Below, one piece after another: positions 28,081-41,254 of a stretch of DNA of 64,000 nt. Every line of letters begins with the position of its first letter. Within the stretch, counting starts at the first letter, position 1. The notes under the pieces were generated by a model. That model was not told where the DNA came from. It did not search any database and saw only the letters and a list, made by a program, of their open reading frames with translations. A program made the translations under genes and the position numbers. Origin of the DNA: Octopus vulgaris (taxonomy: Eukaryota); assembly GCA_951406725.2 (NCBI GenBank), contig OX597823.1:86552001-86616000 (forward strand), in the 5' to 3' direction.

Positions 28081-28206
28081 AAAATATATCATGATTTCCG
28101 TTTTCGTTTAGAGTTCAATAAAATCGAGAGCAATCAAACATTGGAAGTGACTGAATTTAAGAAGCCTGACATCTCTAATGCTTGTTTGTTGTATGAACAA
28201 TGGAGA

Positions 28207-28430
28207 TTAATTTTGTTGTTGGTACTTCTGCATCTGCCATTCTTGGTGTTCATTATCTCGCTCTTCCTTCTTATACAGCAAGTACTTTTCCCATGCTAAC
28301 GAGAGGGCGTCGATTGGGTCAGTGGTTCCGCTAGATAGAGGCGTGAAACCACATTCGGATGGTACGGTTACACCTTTAGAAATTGTAGATGTGGGATAAA
28401 ATAATGTTTTCTGACGAAAGTTAGTAACAT
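28207..28430 (-). CDS. Candidate terminal coding exon, product unknown
   Basis: Acceptor-like ATCATTTTCCAG then an open, non-repetitive frame DVTNFRQKTLFYP..DPIDALSLAWEKYLLYKKEERD..QQQN*; no recognised homology. Confidence 0.25.
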
Positions 28431-28909
28431 CTGGAAAATGATATTTCAATATAGTTATGATAACTGACCGGAATTAATTCTCCACCAACTATATCAACTA
28501 TAACAAAAACAGCAACAACAACTACTACTACTGCTGCTACCATTACCACCACCACCAACAACAACCTATTGGGTATTAATAATGATTTTCACTTTACCAC
28601 ACGGCGACACATTTTTCAGATATATGATATAGATTTAATCGACCAGAGTGACTTACTTTTAACTTCCTATATATCAGCTATTATTTGTATTGTTTCAACG
28701 CAAAGTGTATTTCGGCAGAATTCAAACTCGAAAACAGAGTGGTGCAGCCTATTTCATGCGGCTGTAATAAACTCTTACGACATTCAATGTTAGAAATGGG
28801 AGTTTTAAACGTTCACTATACTGACTTATGCATTTTTTCTGTGAACTGCTTCTTATTTCACTGAATTTAAAATTCAGAGTCCAATTTCCGACCTAAATAA
28901 TATTTGCAA

Positions 28910-29045
28910 ATGTGGTTTAGTAAGAATTCCCAACCACATGGTTCCAGGTTCAATTCCACTTGGGCAAGTGTCTTCTACTATAGCCTCGAGTCGGCCAAAA
29001 CCTTGTGAGTCGGTTTACTAGACGAAACTGAAAGAAGCTCGTCGC
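28910..29045 (+). mobile_element. SINE family B 5' half
   Basis: CCAACCACATGGTTCC..GGGCAAGTGTCTTCTACTATAGCCTCG. Confidence 0.75.
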
Positions 29046-29046
29046 G

Positions 29047-29110
<64 letters not shown>

Positions 29111-29114
<4 letters not shown>

Positions 29115-29813
29115 AAATAAGAAAATGGAGAAATACATCTAAATCAAATATCAATATCAAGATGTTGTGTCTCGGGCGGAGGCCGCTTGGGCGAATTATT
29201 GTCGAGCCGCGGTTGTGGTCTCAATCGGAGAGCGGGTTCTCTTAAAATAGAATTCTTCAGATGGACTGTTTCTACTTGGTGAAGGGATTCACTCTAACAG
29301 CGTGGTTCTGTGAAGTTTGTGTGTACATGTCTGAAGTGGACGATGGTGATGGCGCTTTGAAGTTGGTACAATGATATACTTATCTACATGGCCGAAACAG
29401 CTGTAAGATGTAATCTATATTTATATTTATATTTACTTATATTTATATTCTCTTATATATATTCTACTTATTGTATAACATTACTCTTTTATGTACGCTT
29501 CTTTATGTACACTGTTTTGTTCTACTTTTTTTTATGTTTAACCCTATAGTTTCTTATGTGGTGGTTTAATAAAGTATGTGATTGAGTACTATCGGGTAAT
29601 TGATGTTTGATTTAGATGTATTTCTCCATTTTCTTATTTTGTATTATGAATTTGTGGTAAAACATTTTACCTTTGCCCATATAATACAGTAAATGAATTG
29701 ATTGCATCGCAATCCTTAACATTTATGTATTAACCTTGTTGGGTACTTCACTAGCAGTATATTGGATATATGTTATCCCATGGAGGGTTGCATTTACAAC
29801 CCCTATCTCAATT

Positions 29814-29815
<2 letters not shown>
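29111..29815 (+). mobile_element. Penelope-like element with inverted 5' segment
   Basis: 45-bp inverted repeat (29111-29155 vs 29599-29643), hammerhead 3' half GAA-ACAGCTGT-A at 29394-29405, and (TA)n on both sides. Confidence 0.55.
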
Positions 29816-29848
<33 letters not shown>

Positions 29849-30210
29849 GTATATATATATTATGTGCGTGTGAGCGTGTGAGCGTGTGTGTTTACATTTG
29901 AAGCTGTCTTTAGGTGATAGGTGTTTTCACATTTCTGGCATCTATTCACTCTGCCCTGTATTAATGCCCGAAATTGCTGCCCACTTGGGATTTAAATGTT
30001 GTCGAGAATCCTATGTAGTGTCTCAGTTTTCAACTGAAGCATGGTCCCTCACCAACTTTTCTTTAGTTTCTTTTTTTTTTTTTTTTTGTTTTTAGTTCTA
30101 TAAGATTTTTTCAAGACAACGCATTTAACCAAAAATCTGGTTTTCAGTTTAACCTTAATAATTCTTCATTCTGTTGAAATTGTTATGCATACACATGTCG
30201 CAAATCTACT

Positions 30211-30375
30211 TCGGACGATCAACTATAGTTACTAAATAAAATTTATCTCATGCACAGACATACCGTTTCGCATGATTGACAGGATCAGTATCATCTCTGA
30301 TGCTTAAGAATCATGCTTTGACTTCTTCTGGAATGATTCGACTTAGTCTATACCTTTTCGAAGATGTAGAACAGT
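30211..30375 (+). repeat. ~160-bp direct repeat, copy 2
   Basis: Colinear with 27720-27875, with a short insertion. Confidence 0.9.
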
Positions 30376-30921
30376 ATGCTAGCGTTCTAGCTATTTACTC
30401 TAGAAGCCTGGGTGTTTCAATGAGTTTAACGTTTCTACGGAAGCTGCTTATGCAACTTGTTAGCAACTTGTTCCAAATACAGGTGATTTTAGTCGAATGG
30501 GAGTAAATCAAATGTGTTTGCAGTATCCGCAAAGAAGGGAGACCTTTCCGTTCTTCTACCGCAGCAGTTATTATTTTTATTGCTGTTGCTGTCACTTCTT
30601 ATTACTATGTAGAGGCATTGGCTCCATTGTTATTATTACAGTTTGTTGCTAACGCAATGGTAGTGGAGGGAATGACTTCCTTGCTTTCCGCTGATGATGG
30701 TGCAGTGTTTTCTTCTTATCTGCTATTCTGCTTAGCACATCATCGTTGCTGCTACTCTTTCTGATGCTATTGTTGCTTATACAGTTGCTCTTCATTACAA
30801 TGGCTTTGGATTTGTGTAAATGGGAGGATTTTTTCATGATCAGCAATTTCACGTTCATGATCACATCCCATTTTCATTTCTTCCTGGCCAACAAAATAGA
30901 GAGCATAGATTACACCTTAGA

Positions 30922-30998
<77 letters not shown>

Positions 30999-31098
30999 CA
31001 ACAACAACAACAACAATAATAATAATAATAATAATAATAATGATAAAAATAATAATAGTAATAATAATAATGATGATGATGATAATAATAATAATAGC

Positions 31099-31143
<45 letters not shown>
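30922..31143. repeat. (AAT)n microsatellite
   Basis: Directly visible. Confidence 0.95.
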
Positions 31144-33037
31144 TACTGTGGCATTTTCCAAGGTGACTCACTTTCACCTCTAATTTCTTGCATAACCCTA
31201 ATACCACTCACAAGTGAACATATCAGAACAGGGTGTGGGTATAAAATTGACGACCAGAAAATAGACAATCTATTTCACATGGATGACTTAAAATGCCATG
31301 GCAAAGAAGACGATAATGAGCTTGAAGGTCTGTTACGTATTATGAAAGCATTCAGTGATGACACCGGGACGAAATTTAGTCTTGATAAATGTGCCAAGGC
31401 CACTTTCCAGAAAGGGAAATCGGAGATCTTACATTCACTGGTGTGAGATGTTGGCACAGTCATAAAAGAACTCGAGCAGGAACAAACTTACAAATATCTC
31501 GGAATGAGGGCCCTGGCATTCAGCATGCAAGCATGAAAGAGATCAGGAAGGAATGTTACAGGAGAGTTCGAGCAGTCTTAAAATCTGAATTAAATGCACG
31601 TAACAAGGTGTTAGCCATAACACATATTCCTTAGCAGTTCCGGTTGTTATTTACAGTTTCATTGTGTTGAACTTGAATACCAGCAAAATAAGGAAGATTG
31701 ACAGGAAAATCCACAGGCTGCTGGCTGGCAGTAAAATGCACCACACAAAGGCAGACGCAGATCGTCTTTACCTACCCACAGCCCAAAGAGGTCGAAGCTT
31801 GATCCGATTTGAAATCACTTACAGAACCACCAGTATTAGACTGGCCAAATATCTTGAAACATTTAACGACTGGATGCTAAAGCTCGTTGAAAAACCATTG
31901 AAAGACGTAAGAAGCTTTATTCTTTTTATGAAAAGGAACAAAAAATTTTCAAGTGAGTTTATGCATAAAGAAGAAGAAGAAGAAGAAGTTTAGTCTGACT
32001 GTCATGAGAAGGCTTTGCATGTTAGATCCCCAAAGATAATTGCAAGAAATAGACGTAGTGAGACATGGTTATGGCTGCAGAAAAGAAAACCGAAGAGGGA
32101 GACAGAGAGTTTGTTAGTAACAGCACAAGATTAAGCATTGAGAACTAATTAGATAAAAACCAAAATAAATAAAAAGCAAGTGTATTCCCATTGTAGGTTC
32201 TGTAAATCAAGAGAGGTACGTGTTCCTCATATAGTAAGTGAATATAGCATAATGGCACAGAAAGAATACAAGAAAAGGCATGACAACCTAGGGAGAGTAA
32301 TCCGCTGGGAATTATGTAGAAGCTAGTATTTATCATACTGATTAATGGTATTAATATGAACACAGTATAGTACTAGAAAGTAAGAAATAATGGGTTGACC
32401 GGAAAGTTCGTGTCGATTTATAGTAGCTTACCTTTCGACTTGTTTTAGAACATGGTTGAGTCCATAAAATAGGATTTGACTACACCTTCATTTAGAGCAC
32501 AGTTTAAGCTATTTCGTTGATTAAAAATGTAATGGCAAGTATTTATTGACCTTTTTCTTTCCTTTAAAAATCAGCACGAACTTTCTGGACAACCCAATAT
32601 AAGATGTTGCGGGACTTTAACATTCAGACTGATAGGGTAAATAGAAGCTAGAAGGCCTGATTTAGTAGTAGTAGACAAAGAGAATAGAAAATGTCAGAGA
32701 ATTTGACTTTACAGCCTCAAAATACGAAAAGATCAATATGAGAGGTATAGAAAAAATAGCAAAGTAACAGGACCTAGCCATTGACTTACAGAGACTTTGG
32801 AAAGTGCGGGTAAAATCTACCCCCGTAATTATAGATGCATTAGGAACTATCCCTAAAGAATTGAACAGATGGATAGAGAAAATAGGCATAAAGCCCTATT
32901 TAGTAAAGCTCCAGAAAACAGAGTTATTAGGGTCAGCTAGAATATTTAGGAGGGTTTCTTAGCATCTAAGGTTACTTGTTGTAGTCCAATGTAAGGACTT
33001 TCCTTTCCATCCGTCTAATCTTTTGTGCGTATGTAAA
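31144..33037 (+). mobile_element. R4/Dong-clade non-LTR retrotransposon, 5'-truncated and decayed (RT, zinc knuckle, restriction-like endonuclease)
   Basis: GIFQGDSLSPL, FHMDDLK, FSLDKCAK, ADRLYLP..RGR, CRFCK..HIVSE..KRHDN, RRPDLVVVDK, QDLAIDLQRLW, LQKTELLGSARI; multiple stops and frameshifts. Confidence 0.88.
32390..32597. mobile_element. Mariner-type MITE nested in the R4/Dong element
   Basis: TA|ATGGGTTGACCGGAAAGTTCGTG..CACGAACTTTCTGGACAACCCAA|TA. Confidence 0.88.
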
Positions 33038-33281
33038 ATAATAATAATGATAACGATGGTGATGATAATACCTTTTTATGACAAACCCATGAATATTGGA
33101 TGGTAGGAACCAGCTATTAAAAATGGGACTCAGTGTGAAACTGGTATTCCGTCTTAAACGTAGCAGGCGAACTCAAAAGATGAAGCGACTGTGGCGCAAT
33201 TTGAAATAAGAACTTTAAGAAAAAACACGCAGCTAAGATTATTGCTAAACAAAATCTACTGATGGTCTACTGTTACTACTG

Positions 33282-33287
<6 letters not shown>

Positions 33288-33380
<93 letters not shown>

Positions 33381-33447
33381 TAATAATAATAATAATAATA
33401 ATGATGATGATGATGATGATAATAGTGATAATAATAACAACAATAAT
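33288..33447. repeat. (ACT)n(AAT)n(GAT)n microsatellite
   Basis: Directly visible. Confidence 0.95.
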
Positions 33448-34104
33448 CGTATGAGAAGCAATAGCAGTGGATCCATTGTTATCGATTCAATGCTGAAGCA
33501 GTGAAGATCATTAAAAGCCATTGTTAAACTGACAAGTTTGATAAGCATATGGCAGAAAAGAAGTGACACGTCTTGGTAGCTAAGAAAACAATGGAGTGGA
33601 ATTGTTTCCATTGTCACTTATTATTAGTTAATTTCTATAGGAAATATATATCATTCTAATTTCATGACAGCAGACTAATAAATAGTCAAACCATTTCCTT
33701 GTTAAAGAATTCAATAAAAGATTTAAAGAAAAAGAAAAAGAAAAAGAATGACATAGATACCAAGTCATTCTTTTGTAAAAGTGTATAATTTGAACATTAA
33801 AACTGCACGAAGAACATGTATAATTTGTAAATACAGTATAATCTGTGAAATCAGGGGTGTGTATTTGGCACAAGAAATGATAATGTTCATAATATTTATA
33901 GTCGCTGAGACCGTGTGGCAATGATGAAGTCCGTACAGTTGAGCCTATGTCTAACTATTACTCTCACTGTTTCGCTTTTCTGCGAGTTGTTTGTTGAGCC
34001 GACAGTGACAGTGCAATGGAGGTCTAACTGAGTATGGTGGATAGCTTTTACAATACGATCTCTTCTACGCTGTGACTGTCCACAGCCAAGTTATGGGTAT
34101 TGTC

Positions 34105-34470
34105 CATCTTTTACCGTCTGCTTGTTTCAGTCGTTGAACTGCGGCCATGCTGGGGCATCGCTTTGAAGGGCTTAGCTGATCAAATTGACCTCAGTATTTA
34201 TTTATAGATTTTCTCATTTGCTGCAGTACTAACTTACAGGGACGTAAATAAACCAACACCAGTCTTCAATCGATGTAGATACAAACGTAAACACACACAT
34301 ATACATACATACATCACAAATATATACGACAGGCTTTCACACAGTTTCACAAATAAGGCACTGAGTCAATCCGAGGCTACAGTAGAATACAGTTGCCAAA
34401 GATGTCGCGCAGTGGGACAGAACCCAAGCGACATAGTGGCATAGCGATTATCTTAACCACACCACTATGG
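34105..34470 (-). mobile_element. SINE family B, degenerate
   Basis: CTTGTTTCAGTC..GCGGCCATGCTGGGGCA tail and CGCAGTGGGAC head segment. Confidence 0.7.
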
Positions 34471-34487
34471 TGATACGTTCGATATAT

Positions 34488-34715
34488 GTTTCTTTATTAT
34501 CCACAAGGGCTGAACATAGAGGGGACAAGCAAGGACAGACAAACGAATTAAGTCGATTACATCGACCCCAGTGCGTAACTGGTACTTAATTTATCGACCC
34601 CGAAAGGATTAAAGGCAAAGTCGACCTCGGCGGAATTTAAACTCAGGACGTAACGGCAGACGAAATACGGCCACGCATTTCGCCCGGCGTGCTAACGTTT
34701 CTGCCAGCTCGCTAC
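34488..34715 (-). mobile_element. SINE family C
   Basis: Near-consensus monomer. Confidence 0.88.
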
Positions 34716-35204
34716 CACAACAAGCGAACAAACATTTTCAGTAAAATATTTAAGTCCAGCAACATTACTTTTGAAATTTAGCTCAGGGCTATATATTTTC
34801 TGAGAGAACCCCCTACATGCGTGGAACTTAAGTTATCTACCCCTTGAGGGATAAAAAACACATGATTCTAAGATTCAAAATTCTAAGAGAGAATGGAATA
34901 CGTTTCAATCAAACGCTTTAATTATAACATTAATTGTTTCTCGCATATGATAAGCGTTCTTAGTTGCACAGACACAAAAGCTTGAAGTCTGAGGGAATTG
35001 GTCAGTCGATAAAATCGACCTAAATGCTTGATTGATGCTTTTCTTAATGCGCCTTAAAAGGATGAAAGGCAAAATCGACTGAGGTGGAATTTGAACTAAG
35101 AATAAATACCACAAGGCACATTTTGCACGATGCTCCAGGTGTCATACAAGTCTATCACCTTTGTTCTTATTGTATAATTAATGAGCCTTTTGCTAGATTA
35201 TAGT

Positions 35205-35461
35205 GTAATAGTAGTAGTTGTGGTGGTGGTGGTGGTGGTGGTGGTGGTAGTGGTGGTGGTGGTGGCTTTAGTAGTAGTATTGGTAGTAGCAGAAGTAGCA
35301 GTAGTGGTGGTAGCTGAAGTAGCAGCAGCAGTGGTAGTAGTGGTGGTTGTACTAGTAGTAGTAGTAGTAGTAGTGGTCGTCGTCGTCGTATTAGTATTAA
35401 TAATAGTAGTGGTGTTGGTGGTAGTAGTAGCAGCAACACTAGTAGTAGCAGCAGCAACAAC

Positions 35462-35505
<44 letters not shown>
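35205..35505. repeat. (GTA)/(GGT)/(GCA) trinucleotide array
   Basis: Directly visible. Confidence 0.9.
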
Positions 35506-35627
35506 AAACCGATAATACCAGGTTTTAAAAATATAAGGTATGGAATCGATGCGTTCGAGTAAAATTCTTCAAGGCGGTGCCCCAGCATGGCCGCAGTCAA
35601 ACGACGGCTACAAATAAAAAAATAATA

Positions 35628-35795
35628 TTGGTTGGCTGGTTGGCATCATTTCCGTCTCGGGAGACAATAAAGTTTCGCACAAGTAGTCTAGTCCGGCTTT
35701 TATATTTCATGTCCTGATACATTTCCTGCTGTGGCTGTGTAGTCCTATCCTGGACAAACACTCCCTCTGGCAGGTACTGCAAATGTAGCGAAGAC
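35628..35795 (-). mobile_element. RTE-clade LINE 3' end
   Basis: YICSTCQRECLSRIGLHSHSRKC* is the RTE C-terminal Cys/His motif; short 3' UTR ending GATGCCAACCAGCCAACC. Confidence 0.75.
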
Positions 35796-36704
35796 TGTTC
35801 CTGTTGCTGCTGTTGCTGCTGCCATAACTACTGCTATTACCACTGCCTCTGCTACTGCTGATAGTGATATTGCTGCTGCTACTACAACTGCTGCTGCTGA
35901 TGATGATGAATATTAGTGGTTGAAAATAAACATATAAAATAAACGTAGGCAAAAGAATGAAAAAATCTAAAAAAAAAAAAAAAGAATAATATATTTTTGC
36001 GAATTATCATCCTACAGCTATTTATTTCACCCATCATGGACCACTCTTGTGTAGATTCAACTAAAACCTTTTGAAGTTGGTGCTATGTTCGGTCTTAACG
36101 TTAAGGATACACTTCAGCTGGATTTCAAATGTTTTGCTACATTGTAAAATATAAATCCACTTACGCAAACTAAAATGTCTTTTCGAGATTACATTTCCCA
36201 CTAGACAAATGGGAAGTTGTTGTACTGAATGTGTAAAACCGAGTCAGCCTTACCGAGCAGACACACGATCGATGGTATTACAGCTACGGCTTCTCTTTTT
36301 TGTATATGTAATTACCTGTCATTTCATTTCTAAGTCTGTATGGTGAAACGTTAACGGAAATTTGGCTTCCGTTTCCAGCACGTTGTCGTTATCTAAGACT
36401 ATATTGCTTGTGTCGTTCCATTTTAAAATCTGTATGGTGAAATTTAAGGGACATTTGGCTGCTATTTTCTGCAGGTTTTAGACATTTATAACTACAATGC
36501 CTTGTCATTTTATTTCTTCGTTTGTACGGTGAAATTTAAGAGAGATTTGGCTGCACGATGTAGTTACCTATGACCGCATTGCCTGTGTCACTTCATTTTC
36601 AAATCTTTAGGACGAAAATCTCAGGAGATTTGGTTACCATGTCCTGTAAATTGTAGCCACAGTTTCGTTGGCACATCCTACAGTTTACTATTAAATCATA
36701 TATG

Positions 36705-36768
36705 AAATGGCGGTGCCCCAGCATGGCCACAGCTCGTGAGCTGAAACTAGATAAAATAAAATTTAAAA
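36705..36768 (+). mobile_element. Extreme 3' end of the CR1/L2-group LINE
   Basis: GGCGGTGCCCCAGCATGGCCACAGCTCGTGAGCTGAAACTAGATAAAATAAAA, nearly identical to 26534-26590. Confidence 0.8.
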
Positions 36769-36844
36769 ATATATATATATATATATATATACTTGAAAAT
36801 GGATGGGTGACGCTCAATTAAATAATAAATAGTGAATATTATAT

Positions 36845-37032
36845 AGTATATACAGATACATGGATATATGGGTACAGGACGTCACCAACGGTTCAAACAA
36901 CACGAAATATGTAAACAACGAGGGAAAAGATTGACAACAAGACAAGTAAATACAAAGAAAAGGCCCTTCATCAGTTGTCGGCTGCCTATCTACTTCTCAT
37001 TTTGAGCATTCAACGAGAATAAGTCTTCAAAG
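36845..37032 (-). mobile_element. Short (TA)n-associated repeat (family of 10232 and 22331)
   Basis: Minus strand TTGAAGA..AAAATGAGAAGTAGATAGGCAGCCGACAACTGATGAAGGG..GACGTCCTGTACCC. Confidence 0.55.
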
Positions 37033-37074
37033 ATTATATATATGTGTGTGTGCGTGTGTGTGTGTGTGTGTGTG

Positions 37075-37136
<62 letters not shown>

Positions 37137-38744
37137 TAGGGAGAGAGAGAGAGAGATATTAAAAACACTGGATTTGTTGTACAGTATTTCGGGCGACGTT
37201 TAAATATGGACTTCTTTTAAAAATCGTATTATACTATGTTTATTTTAATACTACTTCAATGAAACATTTTCTTGTTTAAAAGACAACACGAAGCTTCGTG
37301 GGCACATGCCAATTATTGTAGTCTTTTTCAAAGTGTTAAGCTTGTCACAACTAAAAGAAAACATAAATACGGTACAATTGTGTGTGTGTGCGTATGTGTG
37401 AAACCAATCGATAAAGTGAAATAAAAGGTATGGATATCTATACAAATACTAAAATAGAGCCAAGCGCATTTCAATAACAAAAGATAACACCATTAAGACT
37501 GGCAAAGATATTTCTCAACTAATAGTCAACGCTATTAACCACAATGAAAAGCAACTTCTTCGAAAGCAAAGAATTAGTTTATAATCTTTTAAAATATTGT
37601 TATTCATTTCAATGTCCTAAAGGGCGTGGGGGTCTCTTTTCTTTCCTTCTCTTTTTTTTTGTTTCTTTTAGTTCATGAAGACTTATCATTGAAAAGGACC
37701 CTCATCAATCGCTATCAAAATAACAGGTGCGTTGATTTTCACAACGATGTATTTAAAGGCAGCAAGAAAAAGGAGGAAAGAGGAATATAAAAGGTGATTG
37801 AAAATGAGATTTGATAGGAGAAAAAATAAAATGATAACGAGGACAAAACGATAAAGAGAGAGAGAGAAAAAAGAAACAAAACAAAGAAGTTTAAAAAATA
37901 AAGATTCTTATTGAGAATATAAATAAATAGAAAGAAAAAAGTTTCGAAGTGACAATTGGCTCTTTTTTTTTATATATATTAAGAAGTGATTTTTGTCAAG
38001 TTCAAAAGTCAAAGTTCACATTATACGTTTGCTGGACAAATGTGGGCGGGTTTCTGTTTTTCAGCGTTGACAAATCATTGACATAAATTTATTGAAGGGA
38101 GAAGAAAGGATGTAAAAAAAATAAGAGAAGGAATAAAGAATGGAAAACAAAATGTATTTCATTTATTTCGCGATAGTTGCGAAAAAGATAAGTTGCTGTC
38201 GTGATGATAGAAATAAGTGTGAATGAAAGAATAATAATAACTGCTATTCAACGCTATTTAAAAACTATGATATGCGTTCATTTAATTGTAGAGAAGAAGA
38301 AAAATAAAGACAGAAAGAAAGATTGAAAGAATGAAATAAATACAAACTCGCCGCCGCTAAATTTGGCCTAGCTACTTCCTATGTGCCTGACACTGATCAA
38401 ATTCTTAACATTTCTTTTATGACAAACAAACATTTCTTTGTAAGAATATTGTTCAGACGACGACGTCACTAACAAAATATGTCTACCTATTTGTCACTCG
38501 TTTACATATTAACTCTCACATTTTCGTTTGTTTATATATTATTAACTCACACAGCTTCTTCATATTAACACTCATGAAAAAAAAAATACTGCATATTGTA
38601 CTATTGTAGAATAATACGTACAATTAAATCATTTCTTTCGTTTAATCTCAGATATTTCGTTTGTTTTCGGTTTGAATTTTGGAATATTTGTTTATTACGA
38701 CAATGCACAAATTTTGTTTTTTAAGATATGTTTTAATATATCTG

Positions 38745-39156
38745 GAAGATCCTGAAAGGAATTATGCCAAATGTTGGTATTGTAAGCTACATCAATGCCA
38801 GAACGGAACGACACTGCATAGTGCCAAAGATTCCAGCTATGCCATCAAGCTTCGGACCAGTTACTGCAACAGTCTGGGCTTCAAGGGCCCACAGCTTTTT
38901 AATATTCACTCAAAGAGTCTGAGGAACTTGCACAAAGTAGATGTAGGGTTTTTTAAATCAAAGCTGAACCTCTTCCTGTCAAGAGTACCAGATGAATCTA
39001 CCTCACGGCAAGAGGTGCAAATGAGGGTAGCTATATCAAACTCCGTTCTTCACTAAGTGCCACATATTAGAAGAGGTTCTTAGTAATAACAGTGTAGCGC
39101 AAAACGGCGGTGCATCAGCATGGACGCAGCTCTGAGCAGAAACTAGAGAGAAAAAA
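38745..39156 (+). mobile_element. CR1/L2-group LINE 3' end
   Basis: NSLGFKGPQLFNI..FFKSKLNLFLSRVPDE..VAISNSV, then GGCGGTGCATCAGCATGGACGCAGCTC. Confidence 0.75.
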
Positions 39157-39289
39157 GTGTCATTTTTTAAACCGTTATGAATTTTCCATCGTCTCAGAAG
39201 TTCATACCTTACATTAAGGAAAGTTGCGCGGCACCAATGATTTTAACAATCTGGATTACATTTTATATACTATTTTTATATGTTTGTAT

Positions 39290-39589
39290 GGATGGATGGA
39301 GTGAGGAAAGGTTTGAGTTAGAGGTGTTGGAGTGAAGGAATCAAGAGAGTTTATAAATGATAAGAAAGCTTGGAGAGTGTTTGTGGCGGATGAGTGAATT
39401 TGGTGTTGCTGAAAGGGGTACGGAACCAGCATGATGCTGGGGGCCCCGCTGCTGATATTGTGGGTTGCGTTCTATGCCTTGCGTCGAGTATAGAACGGGG
39501 TTCGCCTCTTTCAGCTAGGAAATGAATGGAATGCCAAGTGTGTGTCTTGTCGCTACCCAATCTTTAAAAAAATGGGGAATAGGCCTGAG
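39290..39589 (+). mobile_element. RTE-like LINE 3' end with probable TSD
   Basis: WMDGVRKGL../GVGVKESREFINDKKAWRVFV*; TATATGTTTGTAT (39277-39289) vs TATATGTATGTAT (39590-39602). Confidence 0.6.
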
Positions 39590-39928
39590 TATATGTATGT
39601 ATAGTGTTATCAAAACTTCTTCAGTAGAATGAGACGACTGAGCTGAGGTTTTGGAAATTGGTGGTTTAGTGCGGCTGACGAGATATTGAACTTGTTTTGG
39701 CGAAAATACTTTTGAGAGGAAATCACACACATACACACACAAGCACACACACATCCGCGTGTGCAGAAATATATACGCAGACTCATAGAGAGTGAGGACA
39801 AACAGACATACATACATACAGGCAGACAGATATTACAATTTATTAATAGAATACGATTGACATTAACACTTTTCCTTTCCGCGTTCATATAAAGACAAAC
39901 AGACCCATACACATAAACAGTGAGCAAG

Positions 39929-39992
<64 letters not shown>

Positions 39993-40256
39993 TAGGAGAG
40001 AGCGGGGAAAAGAGAGAGACATCAAAATGTCTGATGTTAGCCTCTAATCAATGACGTCGAGTTGGCGAAGCCAAAACGACTGTGCCAGAATGTTTCATAC
40101 GCTTAAGCTGTCAAACTTTTTTCGTGATCAAGAACTGAATGAAGGAAGGAACAACATTTCCATTAGGGAAAGTACATTTATCCTCAGGTTAGAGACTTGG
40201 TCCTAATGATTCTAACATAAACTTATGCACTGGATTAAGTTTAGCCCCGAATGACA

Positions 40257-40346
40257 AGTACAGTTCCTCCCATAAGCTTCTGTACAGTACAGTTCCTCCC
40301 ATAAGCTTCTGTACAGTACAGTTCCTCCCATAAGCTTCTGTACAGT
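40257..40346. repeat. 29-bp minisatellite, 3 copies
   Basis: CAGTTCCTCCCATAAGCTTCTGTACAGTA repeated three times. Confidence 0.95.
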
Positions 40347-41254
40347 TCTGGCTATCATGTTCCACTCACAAGACTTTCGTCATCTGGAAGTAATAGATGA
40401 CGGCACATTCACAAATAATGGCGGGGTTGCATCGATACCGGAAGCACCTGAGAGTTAAGCGAACTTTCTAACCAGGAGGTTTATGCTCTGTGCTCATAAT
40501 AGTCTCGTCATTGTAGGCTGTGAATTCAAGTATCATTGGTGATGATTTCTTATTTTGCAGGTTTGATATAGCATCTCGCCGCCATGTACTGGTGTTAATT
40601 CAACCATTTCAAAGCCTAAAATACGAACTATTATAACGTGCACCGAATAGGAATATTTAAGGTTCTGCTGTGTATAGCATGCAAAATTACTTTGTTCCTC
40701 AAAGCAGTTCATTGTCATCACCATCGTCATCATCATCATCGTTATCATCATCATTCCTGAATATTACTACCTCCAGTCTTAAGACTCACTGGAGCACTGT
40801 CCAGGTTCTGTGATATCTAACAAGTGACCAAGATTATAAACTTTTCTCTGAATGGGTCGTCAATTTGTCGCAAGGTTACGCAGCTGAGTGAATAGAAGCA
40901 ACATGAAACAAAGGGTTCCGTTCTGGAATGCAACGCACGCCTTGTCCGAGAATCGAAACCGCAACCATGCGATCATGAGTGCAGCAACTTGTCTATTTTC
41001 CCGCACCTTCACAAAAGAATAGATCACTTTTGTATTCAAAATTTTACGGCAATATCCCATTTTTATATGATATAAAATATATAGAACATATTTCCTGTAC
41101 TCTTAAAACGCATATAAACTCCTGCTATTGAATAAAGCGTTATATACATATAATATGCAAATCAGTAGATTCAGAGAACAGCTGCTATTGGATTTGATGT
41201 GTATACAAACGGATCGGCTAATTGCTTCTCTTGGTCAAGCGATGCAGATATTGC

